This document shows, piece after piece, positions 34,797 through 43,412 of a stretch of DNA of 64,000 nt. The notes under the pieces were generated by a model that saw only the letters and a list, made by a program, of their open reading frames with translations, did no database searches and was not told where the DNA came from. This DNA is from a virus. Position 1 is the stretch's first letter. Each line of letters begins with the position of its first letter. The stretch lies in the IMG/VR virus record IMGVR_UViG_3300003878_000001, positions 1 through 64,000 of that record; one strand, written 5' to 3'. Both the position numbers and the translations under genes were made by a program.

Positions 34797-34845
34797 TATA
34801 TAGTTTATTACTTTTTTGATTAAATAGTTAAACTGTAATGCGATG
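34797..34845. repeat. quasi-palindromic intergenic repeat, copy R4 (GCGA box at right end)
   Basis: TATATAGTTTATTA-CTTTTTTGATTAA-ATAGTTAAACT-GTAATGCGATG, the near-exact reverse complement of copy R5. Confidence 0.7.
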
Positions 34846-34853
34846 ATTTTGAA

Positions 34854-35072
34854 TCAGTTCATGGTATCAGGTAGTCTAATTGGTTTCATTTGCAAATGTC
34901 TAGGCACACCAGATAAATCAAATTTCTCATCAATTGGAAGTTCAGACTTATCTGAGGGAATAGCGAAAACACATTGATTTCCATACATGTCTATAAACTG
35001 ATACTGTGACCAGCCGAAAACTTTATTGAAATAGTCTTTTGTTCTTTGTATTTTTCGTTGTCTATAGTTCAT
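34854..35072 (-). CDS. hypothetical protein (72 aa)
   Basis: 4-nt overlap with the upstream gene. Confidence 0.45.
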   Translation of the reverse strand: MNYRQRKIQRTKDYFNKVFGWSQYQFIDMYGNQCVFAIPSDKSELPIDEKFDLSGVPRHLQMKPIRLPDTMN

Positions 35073-35461
35073 AATCTTTCAGGAAATAATGATTCAATGA
35101 GTATTATTGTATCATCTAATAATCGATGATCAGTAATTGATTGATAGCATACAGGTATTTTAACAGGTCTATAAGCAGAAAGATAGCATCGAGTACATTC
35201 AATCTGAGGAGTGATACCATGTGTGTCAAAAGAAACTATAATATCCAACTTTCTAGAGTAGTACTGGATGCAAACATCTTTATATTGATAGTTCAATCTA
35301 TCGAATCTTAAGACAAATCCCGCTTTCTTTAGTCTATCGATCAATAGACAAGTGAATCGGTGTATATCTTCATGACTTGGATCATAAGTCCCTGTAAACA
35401 GGTTTTCTCCTTTTTGAAGTTGAGTTTGAAGATCGGCTTGGTCTGCACGAATACAAGTCAT
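35069..35461 (-). CDS. hypothetical protein (130 aa)
   Basis: Minus-strand ORF downstream of a terminator region. Confidence 0.5.
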   Translation of the reverse strand: MTCIRADQADLQTQLQKGENLFTGTYDPSHEDIHRFTCLLIDRLKKAGFVLRFDRLNYQYKDVCIQYYSRKLDIIVSFDTHGITPQIECTRCYLSAYRPVKIPVCYQSITDHRLLDDTIILIESLFPERL

Positions 35462-35475
35462 GATAATATCCTATT

Positions 35476-35532
35476 AAAAACAAAAAAGACCTCTTACAGT
35501 TACCAATTGCAAGAGGTGAAACCCGAAGGTTT
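35476..35532 (-). terminator. tandem hairpins plus T-tract (terminator)
   Basis: On the minus strand AAACC-UUCG-GGUUU (35519-35532), then ACCTCTT...AAGAGGT (35489-35517), followed by CTTTTTTGTTTTT. Confidence 0.6.
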
Positions 35533-35583
35533 TGTGTCTGGGTTTTTAATCCTCATAAATTACATAATGGTAAGCTCCGTTCA

Positions 35584-35715
35584 TTACTTATTTTTCATTC
35601 TATGAAAAACTGCCATGATTTGAGGATCAGACTCAAACATCTTAAACAAATTAGCGGCATGTGCTGCCAAAAATTCATCATATGTATAAGGCTGATTACA
35701 AGTGACATTTTTCAT
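35584..35715 (-). CDS. possible small protein (43 aa), below the ORF-track cutoff
   Basis: ATG 35715 to TAA 35584 (MKNVTCNQPYTYDEFLAAHAANLFKMFESDPQIMAVFHRMKNK), just upstream of the terminator. Confidence 0.35.
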   Translation of the reverse strand: MKNVTCNQPYTYDEFLAAHAANLFKMFESDPQIMAVFHRMKNK

Positions 35716-35794
35716 TTTTCAGATGTATCCTTTTCGCTAAACCTATTATAACATGGTCAACTATATTAATTTCTCAGTATAATTGACCAAATAT

Positions 35795-36100
35795 TTAGAT
35801 TACAGAGTCGAGACCAGCAATCATATCACCAGCGGAAATATCAGAACTATAGTCCCAATCAGCATCCATCAGGTCAAAACGATTGTCAATAGCAACATAC
35901 GAGACATAACCATCACGAACTCCATTTAATGAAGAATCTCCGTTGAAGATATCTACATCACAAGAGGAACCAACAGCAGCACGGATTGCAGCAATATTAT
36001 CAGCATCAACAATAATGTCTCTCCAGGAGAGATCATCGTGAGAGATACGAACACTGTCACCATCTACAACACTGAAATCAAAACCGTTTATGTTTGTCAT
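35795..36100 (-). CDS. strongly acidic hypothetical protein (101 aa)
   Basis: Asp-rich throughout. Has its own upstream TATAAT-like box. Confidence 0.5.
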   Translation of the reverse strand: MTNINGFDFSVVDGDSVRISHDDLSWRDIIVDADNIAAIRAAVGSSCDVDIFNGDSSLNGVRDGYVSYVAIDNRFDLMDADWDYSSDISAGDMIAGLDSVI

Positions 36101-36180
36101 CTTTCTTTCCCTCTCTATATACTTATTATAACATTTATATTCACCAGAACATTAGTACAAATACATAGATAGAGATACTT

Positions 36181-36921
36181 CTAGTCGGTCATTCCACCCA
36201 TGACAAGAGGTTTGAAATCATATTTTATGTCGGAGGGATAGCCAACAGGACTAGAAACATATCGGGTTATCCCCTTGATTAGATTTATTTCGTGATGTGT
36301 ATGACCCGAAACAGCGATAGAAGGAGCAATACGATCTACTAATTCACCACAATTATGATGATAATACTTGTTGAGATATGGATTGTTTGCAGCTAGGATC
36401 GGGTTCATTCCTTCCTCAATTAGAGGAACATGTGTAATCAATACGTCAATACCCTTACCAATCAGACCTTTTAGAAAAGTCTTATCAAGATGTGATTCAG
36501 TTTTAGTAAAGTTTACTGCATCATGAATACGTCTTAAATCATTCATAGCACAAACTTGATCCAATTCATACCAAGCAGTACAACCAGCAAATTTGTATCC
36601 GTCTAATTCAATGATGTTTCTGTTAAGTAGATGGAATTTATTGTAAAGTTCAGATATTTCCACAAGGCAGGATCTTTGCTCGGGTAGATACGGAGCACGC
36701 CACCAATCATGATTACCAGATACAGCAAGGATATAATCAAAACGGTCATATACAGAACGAATGAAGTGTTCAAGCTTTTCCGATGAATCTTCCTCACACA
36801 AGTCTCCAGCAAGGATCAGAAATTTTCCTCCAGTAAAGAGGTTTGCCAAAGGGTCAATATCTATGAAACCATCATAGAAGTTCAGGTGTAAATCAGAAGA
36901 AATCGTGATAAGGGGCTTCAT
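36181..36921 (-). CDS. calcineurin-like metallophosphoesterase
   Basis: SDLHLN, LAGDL, SGNHDWW, ITHVP and SGHTHH motifs in canonical order. Confidence 0.8.
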   Translation of the reverse strand: MKPLITISSDLHLNFYDGFIDIDPLANLFTGGKFLILAGDLCEEDSSEKLEHFIRSVYDRFDYILAVSGNHDWWRAPYLPEQRSCLVEISELYNKFHLLNRNIIELDGYKFAGCTAWYELDQVCAMNDLRRIHDAVNFTKTESHLDKTFLKGLIGKGIDVLITHVPLIEEGMNPILAANNPYLNKYYHHNCGELVDRIAPSIAVSGHTHHEINLIKGITRYVSSPVGYPSDIKYDFKPLVMGGMTD

Positions 36922-37111
36922 AAGATTGCAATAGGTTAGATTTTTCGAGTTTGGATAGTAGAGTGCTTTCTAAAAGGAGAACAGCGTCATCATACTGTAA
37001 TTCACGCATGAAACGTAATAACCGTGGATATTCTAGTTCACATCGAACTTTTGAACCGGGAGCACCAACCGCTGTGATGCACTCCCCATAATCATTATAA
37101 GTTGTTTTCAT
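36893..37111 (-). CDS. hypothetical protein (72 aa)
   Basis: Overlaps its neighbours. Confidence 0.45.
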   Translation of the reverse strand: MKTTYNDYGECITAVGAPGSKVRCELEYPRLLRFMRELQYDDAVLLLESTLLSKLEKSNLLQSYEAPYHDFF

Positions 37112-37419
37112 AGTCCTGTAGAATCAATCCAACCAATTAGAGCGAGATACTGTAGAAATTCAAAATATGAAAGCGTTACACTTTCCTCATCATCATAATC
37201 AATGAATTCAATTAAATCTTTCTCAGGATTACAATAGATAGTCCCATCTTCTGTATTATCAATTGTTTCTGTACCTTCTGCCTTCATTAGACGTAAGACA
37301 TCATCCGGGCTTAAAGAAACTGGACTACACATACATACAAATTCTACTTTGAATGCATTTGAATCGATCATTGAAAATTTAAGATCTTGCTTTGGTCTAG
37401 GATTGGTGACAGCCATCAA
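37108..37419 (-). CDS. hypothetical acidic protein (103 aa)
   Basis: Preceded by a GAGTTAAGGAG leader. Confidence 0.5.
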   Translation of the reverse strand: MMAVTNPRPKQDLKFSMIDSNAFKVEFVCMCSPVSLSPDDVLRLMKAEGTETIDNTEDGTIYCNPEKDLIEFIDYDDEESVTLSYFEFLQYLALIGWIDSTGL

Positions 37420-37482
37420 TTAACTCCTTAACTCTTATACAAATAGTATAACCCAATTAAGGACTATACTATATCCGAAATA

Positions 37483-37731
37483 TTACGCAACTGGCAAAGC
37501 ATTTAATTCAGAAAGAGAGTTCCCGTTTGCTTTCAATGAGTCAGTGAACACCTCATAAGCTTCTCCTGTTGCAACCCAAGTCATTGAGTCATCATCAGTC
37601 ATAGCGACAACACGAACCTTTGATGTAAAATCATTTCCAGACACCACTACAACGAAACACTCACCCAAATGAGCAGGATTTACGATGTCGGAAGGAGTGT
37701 GAAAGAAAAAGACGGAATCGTTGAAGACCAT
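37483..37731 (-). CDS. hypothetical protein (82 aa)
   Basis: Preceded by the conserved TATAAT-AGGGTATCAGAGTTAAGGAA leader. Confidence 0.5.
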   Translation of the reverse strand: MVFNDSVFFFHTPSDIVNPAHLGECFVVVVSGNDFTSKVRVVAMTDDDSMTWVATGEAYEVFTDSLKANGNSLSELNALPVA

Positions 37732-37739
37732 AGGTTGTA

Positions 37740-37766
37740 TTCCTTAACTCTGATACCCTAATTATA
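37740..37766 (-). promoter_or_regulatory. conserved promoter plus leader: TATAATTAGGGTATCAGAGTTAAGGAA
   Basis: Near-identical to 31166-31192. Confidence 0.55.
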
Positions 37767-37788
37767 ACTAGGATAGACTTATAAAGTC

Positions 37789-38193
37789 TCAGTGATAATC
37801 CTCAAGACTTAGGAAAATGCCATCATCAGGATCAGTGTTTTCCATATTGTCAACATCAATCACATTCAGAAGATTTGAACGGGATACTCTGTAGAACTTA
37901 GACCGATCTTCAGAGTAAATCCTGTATAGGTTTTCACCTATTACAAAGTCTATTGATCCTTTCAATAGTTTAATTGTTTGACTAATAAAATGATGATTAT
38001 ATATGTCTAACAGGTTTTCATCTGAAAATTGAACCTCAAATTCTGCACTAGGATGTGATAGAGTCAAGATTTGTTTTCCATCGTAATCCAGGTTATGACC
38101 ACATAATGTAATCAATTTTCCTTGTCCTTTAGGATCTTGGTTGTCATAGAATACTCCACGAGGAAAAATATATTCAAAAAGTTTGAAAATCAT
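37789..38193 (-). CDS. hypothetical protein (134 aa)
   Basis: Minus-strand ORF, divergent from the plus-strand HNH gene. Confidence 0.5.
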   Translation of the reverse strand: MIFKLFEYIFPRGVFYDNQDPKGQGKLITLCGHNLDYDGKQILTLSHPSAEFEVQFSDENLLDIYNHHFISQTIKLLKGSIDFVIGENLYRIYSEDRSKFYRVSRSNLLNVIDVDNMENTDPDDGIFLSLEDYH

Positions 38194-38241
38194 GGTTTTT
38201 CGGTTATTTACTTATGAGTAATTAATTAGTGAACAAATACA

Positions 38242-38907
38242 ATGAAAAAGAAAACAGTTCTACAATTGGCAAAACTTCAACGGTCAGGGACAATACTTCA
38301 AGAACCGCTAGCAAGCCAATTAAAAAAGGAATTACTTGAGTGTAGTTCATATCAAAAGGCAGCAGGAAAAGAGAATATGGTTCTTAAGGTTTTGACTCGA
38401 AAAATCTATAGACGATCTATGAAAACTGTGTTCATAACTTATGGTAACACATGTATTCCTATTGTGGCAACTAAATTATATGCATCTAAAAATAAAAGAG
38501 GTTGCAGAACATGTGGAAATGTGAAATGCCATAAAACGACAAATAACTCTTTATTGAGACGTTCAATCGAATCACAAATCAAATCTTTTAGATATAAGAT
38601 TGCTCGAAAGGTGGCAAAGCTTAGAGGTGTAGGCAGTAAAAGAACAGCAGAGGAGGGGGCAGAATTGAAACGATTAGCTAGTTGTGCTCTAACTGGTAAA
38701 CCTCTTGTAGGAAATATACATGTAGATCATATCGTTCCTTTTTCTGTGATTGTTAATGACTGGTGTAAAGAACAAAAAATATCTTTATGCGATAAGAAAC
38801 TTGGAATCCAACAATTGAAACAATTTGAAAAATATCACAACGAGGTAGCTCAATTGCAACTTACTTTGGCTAAAGCAAACATGAAAGCCGGAGCCAAAGG
38901 TTATTAG
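38242..38907 (+). CDS. HNH endonuclease (free-standing, plus strand)
   Basis: NIHVDHIVPFSVI...KYHNEV...LAKANMKAG (H-N-H arrangement). N-terminal Cys cluster CRTCGNVKCH. Confidence 0.6.
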   Translation: MKKKTVLQLAKLQRSGTILQEPLASQLKKELLECSSYQKAAGKENMVLKVLTRKIYRRSMKTVFITYGNTCIPIVATKLYASKNKRGCRTCGNVKCHKTTNNSLLRRSIESQIKSFRYKIARKVAKLRGVGSKRTAEEGAELKRLASCALTGKPLVGNIHVDHIVPFSVIVNDWCKEQKISLCDKKLGIQQLKQFEKYHNEVAQLQLTLAKANMKAGAKGY

Positions 38908-39163
38908 GATGGTTTTCAAATTCATACGCATCATCGCAACGTGGGCAAGGTTCATTATTGATTGTTCCTTTCCCACCATTACACCCGTTGTTACCACATC
39001 CTCCACAAATGACGGTGTTACACTGACACAGACTACAAAACACCCATTTGTGTTCATCAACCCCTACTGTTTGATACTTAGACCAATTGGCAGGAACAGT
39101 AGAGAGTGAAACATTTTTCTCTCCAAATATTCTTTTTAATAAATCTTGTTCTAACCGTTCCAT
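38870..39163 (-). CDS. Cys-rich zinc-finger protein (97 aa)
   Basis: CSLCQC...CGGCGNNGCNGGKG...CPRC (DnaJ-like CxxCxGxG pattern). Confidence 0.5.
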   Translation of the reverse strand: MERLEQDLLKRIFGEKNVSLSTVPANWSKYQTVGVDEHKWVFCSLCQCNTVICGGCGNNGCNGGKGTINNEPCPRCDDAYEFENHPNNLWLRLSCLL

Positions 39164-39519
39164 ACGGGTAAAGTCTCGTCTTCGGGTTGATAAATGGATG
39201 ATAGATGATTGATTAAACCGTCTACTTTTCTTGTTCCTCTTTTTCGAGCATTAATTTTTGCTTGAATTGGATTGTTTTCAAAGAAAATTACTTCAAGTTC
39301 TGCATCAGGAAAAGATTCAGCTAAAACTTGAAGAGCTAATTCTCTGATATGAGTCTCACAGAAAAAGGGATCAGCAATCACAATGTTGCCATCACTTTTC
39401 TCTAAGAAATCCATATCAGTAGGATCATCAATTAATTGTCTTCCGGTTGATTGTGCAATTTGTTTTGCTAATTCTGTTTTTCCTGAACCCGGAAGACCAA
39501 CCACCATTGTTATTTTCAC
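39151..39519 (-). CDS. P-loop kinase-like protein (122 aa)
   Basis: Walker A GLPGSGKT near the N-terminus. Confidence 0.55.
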   Translation of the reverse strand: MKITMVVGLPGSGKTELAKQIAQSTGRQLIDDPTDMDFLEKSDGNIVIADPFFCETHIRELALQVLAESFPDAELEVIFFENNPIQAKINARKRGTRKVDGLINHLSSIYQPEDETLPVWNG

Positions 39520-39932
39520 GTCAGAAGATTTTCCTTCTCTAGAAAGTCTAAAAGTTTACTGAGATCAATCCTTTTGATTGCATAGTCCGTATGATTCCCA
39601 TAGTACTCATATTCAGTATCAAAATCTTCTTGAACGAGACCAATAATAGATTGATATTTACTAAGAGGAAAATCAGGAACTAATTCAATTATCAATTGGT
39701 CAAGTGAACTAAAACCTTGTGGATTATGATCTGAACTATATGAATAATGAGGATCATCTTCTCCAGTATCCCAACAAGATCCGCCACTAACTCCACCTGT
39801 CTGCCATTTCATTTGAAGAACACCAGATTCTATACTATGGTCTTCATCATAATGGTGTTCTTGTTCATTGATGACAAATTGAGCTATAGAGATTATACTG
39901 TTCAATTTGTCATTAGGGTTATACGATGGCAT
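39516..39932 (-). CDS. hypothetical protein (138 aa)
   Basis: 4-nt overlap with the downstream gene. Confidence 0.5.
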   Translation of the reverse strand: MPSYNPNDKLNSIISIAQFVINEQEHHYDEDHSIESGVLQMKWQTGGVSGGSCWDTGEDDPHYSYSSDHNPQGFSSLDQLIIELVPDFPLSKYQSIIGLVQEDFDTEYEYYGNHTDYAIKRIDLSKLLDFLEKENLLT

Positions 39933-40221
39933 GAATGATTGCTCCGATTGCTAGCATGAATATAGGGTGAATAACAAACCGGGAAGCTACTTCTGTATTT
40001 GTTTTCATTGTGTTTTCTGTTTTTGCCGTCATAAAACCATGAACCATAGAAAGACCAATGGCAGAACCTGTCTTAAGAACTGGAGCGGCAACAAATACAG
40101 AAGGAATGAACCAGTTCCAAAGAATCGATAAAACCCAACCATTTAGAGGAATTGCAATCACAACACAAACAAGAACAAACCAAGGGTTAGGAGTGGTTTC
40201 AGAGTCAGAATTAAAGGTCAT
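39919..40221 (-). CDS. membrane protein (100 aa, about 3 hydrophobic segments)
   Basis: Long hydrophobic stretches (WFVLVCVVIAIPLNGWVLSILWNWFIP, IFMLAIGAIIHAIV). Confidence 0.5.
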   Translation of the reverse strand: MTFNSDSETTPNPWFVLVCVVIAIPLNGWVLSILWNWFIPSVFVAAPVLKTGSAIGLSMVHGFMTAKTENTMKTNTEVASRFVIHPIFMLAIGAIIHAIV

Positions 40222-40799
40222 TTTAGTACAGTTTTAAGGGTCATGAGAATTTGAGAATAATCGGCTACACCTAATTCAACAACATTTAATTTCCCTGTAT
40301 CAGGGTTACATGCAAGAATAATTGCTTTATCAGCAAGTACACCAGTCATATTATAAATGTGTTGAACATATGAGACTAATTGTTGAAACCAACGTGTTTT
40401 TGTCTCATGTAGTTTTTCAGGCAATTGAGTGATCTTATTATCAATAATAACTAATTCGCCTGCTTTATTGTATCCGATAGTATCAATATAACCGATTAAA
40501 TCACGATTGTATACCGTAGATCCAACGAATACTTCAGATTTCCATTCAGTAAGATTACTATTGTACCAATCTAGAATTGCATTAGAGGCAATATGAGATC
40601 TATCTCCTTTTTCAATCAATTCATGTACATTGATACCTCTTTTCATTGCCTTGGTCTTCGTCTTGCGTGGTTCATAAAGATATGTTGAGATACCTCTTCC
40701 TGAATAGGTTTCACCATTTGGCAACAAGTAACTGTAATTCCCAGTATACGTGACTTTATCTTTTGAGCAGAGTAATTTTAACATTTCTTTAGATTTCAT
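40218..40799 (-). CDS. PD-(D/E)XK nuclease, RecB/Cas4-like
   Basis: GYIDTIG...LVIIDNK (D...DxK) plus QQLVSY (QxxxY). Confidence 0.6.
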   Translation of the reverse strand: MKSKEMLKLLCSKDKVTYTGNYSYLLPNGETYSGRGISTYLYEPRKTKTKAMKRGINVHELIEKGDRSHIASNAILDWYNSNLTEWKSEVFVGSTVYNRDLIGYIDTIGYNKAGELVIIDNKITQLPEKLHETKTRWFQQLVSYVQHIYNMTGVLADKAIILACNPDTGKLNVVELGVADYSQILMTLKTVLK

Positions 40800-40837
40800 T
40801 AGGTTATTTATATATGTCCAATAGATAAGGAGTGGTC

Positions 40838-41185
40838 ATGGATGAGAATCGATTAATTGAAACAGTCTCCGATTTGGTAAGAGAAATGGCTGTTGTTGCA
40901 AATAAGATGGAAAATCTTACTGAAGCTGTTGTTGCCAGTAATATTGAATCCAAGGATCAAAATAAAAGAATTGATCTTTTAGAGAAAAGTCGTACCCAAT
41001 TGTTGACTTTATTTGGTGCTTCAGTTGCCGTTGTTGGTGTTGTGTCATCAATTGGTTTATGGGGTCTTAGCCGTTATGTTGATGAAAGATTTGATAGTAA
41101 GATCGGACAAGTTGATTTTCAATATCGACTGTGTTTAGAGTATAAAGGAATCGATATTGAAAATAGACCATCTATTTGTCAATAA
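40838..41185 (+). CDS. small single-pass membrane protein (115 aa), plus strand
   Basis: AGGAG lies 5 nt before ATG 40838. Coiled-coil-like N-terminus, then a TM segment LFGASVAVVGVVSSIGLWGL. Confidence 0.5.
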   Translation: MDENRLIETVSDLVREMAVVANKMENLTEAVVASNIESKDQNKRIDLLEKSRTQLLTLFGASVAVVGVVSSIGLWGLSRYVDERFDSKIGQVDFQYRLCLEYKGIDIENRPSICQ

Positions 41186-41642
41186 GTCTCAAGAAATAAG
41201 CATCAGGAAATACATCAGAAATAATCTCACGGACAAAAGACCAATTCCCTCCACCAAGTCCGCAACCCATACCGTAAGGAAAAATAATGCGTGACTTTGG
41301 TTTTTCAATAAGGTCACGCATTGTTATTAATGCTTTACCCAATTGAGCATAATTGGTATACCTTTTGTCTGTACCATATCGATCTTGACCAAATAGATTT
41401 ACAACAAACTTGCCAGGGTATTCTTCAAGATAACACATTTGAGATACACCTAAAAGCTCACCTTCAACTCTAGCTGTACAACGATGCCGATATAGATCAT
41501 TCACAATAGGAAACTCTTGAGCAATCTGTCTTGCTATACCTGCTCCCATTATACCTTGACAATTGACTTGATGTCCAATTAAAATGTCTCCTTTATAATT
41601 TCTAAAATATTCAATGGCATCACCATTAATAATCTGAGTCAT
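41172..41642 (-). CDS. macro-domain protein (Macro_2/Poa1-like ADP-ribose-binding or hydrolase)
   Basis: HQVNCQGIMGAGIARQI, NLFGQ and GMGCGLGGGNW. Start at ATG 41642 (TAATG coupling). Confidence 0.8.
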   Translation of the reverse strand: MTQIINGDAIEYFRNYKGDILIGHQVNCQGIMGAGIARQIAQEFPIVNDLYRHRCTARVEGELLGVSQMCYLEEYPGKFVVNLFGQDRYGTDKRYTNYAQLGKALITMRDLIEKPKSRIIFPYGMGCGLGGGNWSFVREIISDVFPDAYFLRLIDK

Positions 41643-41881
41643 TACATTAAGCCCCAATTCTCATAAATATCATCAATTGTTGGAACAGGACTATGGACAC
41701 TCTCAAATGTTGGATCAACAGTCGGATACATAAGAGAATGCCAAGCCCGTACCACATAGAAAAACTCTGAGAAAGGGTGAAACATTACAACAATCTTCCA
41801 CAGATTCAATTGCCAAAGAGCTTTAGACAGAATCAGATTTACCCCTGAACTTCTTTTATTCCACATTATAACAAATGTCAT
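41642..41881 (-). CDS. hypothetical protein (79 aa)
   Basis: Coupled to the macro-domain gene. Confidence 0.45.
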   Translation of the reverse strand: MTFVIMWNKRSSGVNLILSKALWQLNLWKIVVMFHPFSEFFYVVRAWHSLMYPTVDPTFESVHSPVPTIDDIYENWGLM

Positions 41882-41936
41882 TACGAATCTCCTATATAGT
41901 ACTTTTTCTCAAAATCCAGAAGCCTGGAGTATTGTT

Positions 41937-42305
41937 CTACTTCGATGTAAGTTTCTCCTTCTGGGTGCTGCTTTGTTGATCTGTAAATGTGTTGTGCAAT
42001 CGACATAAGCTCATCCCCCAATTCTCAGCATACTGTTTTTCCCAAAGGTCGAAATCCATACGACCATAGAAATCAAAGTCTTCTAATTGGAAGTTTATCA
42101 CGTCATCAACAGAATAGGATTTCTTTTCCGCACCAATCCACCAGCGTTTGAGTCTAGACATCCTGTTCAATTTATTAACAAGGTCGTTTGCCCACTCTCT
42201 TACTTTCTCTATTCTTTTTAGACTTATAGTTTTTATGACTTTTTCACTTAAAACTATAAGTTCAGTATTAGAGATTTGTTGTAGTCCAATTAGTTTCTGT
42301 TTCAT
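41937..42305 (-). CDS. hypothetical basic protein (122 aa)
   Basis: Start taken at ATG 42305, forming an ATGA overlap with the stop of 42302-42784. Confidence 0.45.
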   Translation of the reverse strand: MKQKLIGLQQISNTELIVLSEKVIKTISLKRIEKVREWANDLVNKLNRMSRLKRWWIGAEKKSYSVDDVINFQLEDFDFYGRMDFDLWEKQYAENWGMSLCRLHNTFTDQQSSTQKEKLTSK

Positions 42306-42784
42306 AGCTTGAAGAATGATTTGATAGGAAAACCGTCTGCCATCCAGTGTAAAAAATCGTTGATACATAGTCCACCAAAGAACCATACAACAATCTCTCT
42401 ATTGCTCCAAAGGAATTCACTAGCCTGTTCATGATATTGATGGTCATATCCGGTATAGACGAAATGAACCCAACACAATAAGCTAGGCAACAGGAACCAA
42501 GCATAAATATAGACACATCTCCAAAATGTTGACCAAATTGGAATGTGTGTATGAAAACTACGGTGTGTTGTAAAATCCTGATATGGTTTCCAAATAAATT
42601 CAAGAAGAAGCCAATGATTTGTAATATGTGAATTCAAATCGTTATCAGGATTTAGCAACCAAGTAGAGAATAGACAACCACTTGCCAAAGCGATAGAATC
42701 ACCCGATTGATCTGCTATTGCTAGAACACCTAATAAGGTGGAAGCAAACAAACCTTGACCAATATGTATTTTACCGCTTGCCAT
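42302..42784 (-). CDS. membrane protein with a metal-binding-like HRSFHTH motif (DUF2227/YdjM-like)
   Basis: Several hydrophobic segments and a His-rich motif. The competing frames 42268-42603 and 42730-43020 are judged spurious. Confidence 0.45.
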   Translation of the reverse strand: MASGKIHIGQGLFASTLLGVLAIADQSGDSIALASGCLFSTWLLNPDNDLNSHITNHWLLLEFIWKPYQDFTTHRSFHTHIPIWSTFWRCVYIYAWFLLPSLLCWVHFVYTGYDHQYHEQASEFLWSNREIVVWFFGGLCINDFLHWMADGFPIKSFFKL

Positions 42785-42787
42785 ATC

Positions 42788-43351
42788 TTAATAGTTATCT
42801 CCAATATGAATATCATTACCACAGAAATCGCCGCCATTGGTTCGGATATTGATACTATTACCAAAATGTTGATTAACTTGTCCAACAACATTTCCATTTC
42901 CACCAATGATAGTGCCACCATTGACAGAACCAATTGTAATATTATTGTTTCCTCGGACGGTCTGTTTAATTCTGTTTCCTCTAAATTGTGTTCGACCTGT
43001 GTTAACAAAGAACAATTCAAAGGGAATCAGCTTAAGAATACCACAAGCCTCATTAAAGTATGTGTTCAATTCGTGGTGTTCTACATCTCCAAATGTCATT
43101 GGAAAGCCAAAAGATTTTACAATCTCGTCTAAATGGCTTTGGACATTATTTTGAAGGAATTGATTCAATCGTTGGTTTTTCTCTGCCTTACGTCCCATTG
43201 TTGCTATGCCTTTGAATAATGGAACAAAGGTATTAACTGTAATCCCGTCAACTTCTAGCTCATCTACAAACTTCATTAAAGCAGCCAGATAAGCGGTAAT
43301 ATAAGGAGTCAGTTTAATTTCTGTGGTTTGAATTGTTTGAATTTGAAGCAT
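42788..43351 (-). CDS. hypothetical protein with C-terminal Gly/Asn-rich beta-helix-like repeats
   Basis: C-terminus GNNNITIGSVNGGTIIGGNGNVVGQVNQHFGNSINIRTNGGDFCGNDIHIGDN. Confidence 0.5.
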   Translation of the reverse strand: MLQIQTIQTTEIKLTPYITAYLAALMKFVDELEVDGITVNTFVPLFKGIATMGRKAEKNQRLNQFLQNNVQSHLDEIVKSFGFPMTFGDVEHHELNTYFNEACGILKLIPFELFFVNTGRTQFRGNRIKQTVRGNNNITIGSVNGGTIIGGNGNVVGQVNQHFGNSINIRTNGGDFCGNDIHIGDNY

Positions 43352-43412
43352 AGTATTGTTTAATTGGATACTCTCATTATATTGCTCTATAGTTTATATA
43401 GTGAGAGTAAAT

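Noticed and set aside
34843-34980. Short plus-strand ORFs starting at the ATGAT(A/T)TT part of repeat copies R4, R6 and R7 (45, 10 and 26 codons).
   Set aside because: Their lengths and sequences are not conserved beyond the repeat itself, they lack SD sequences, and they run antisense to better-supported genes. The shared ATG is more likely part of the DNA or RNA motif.
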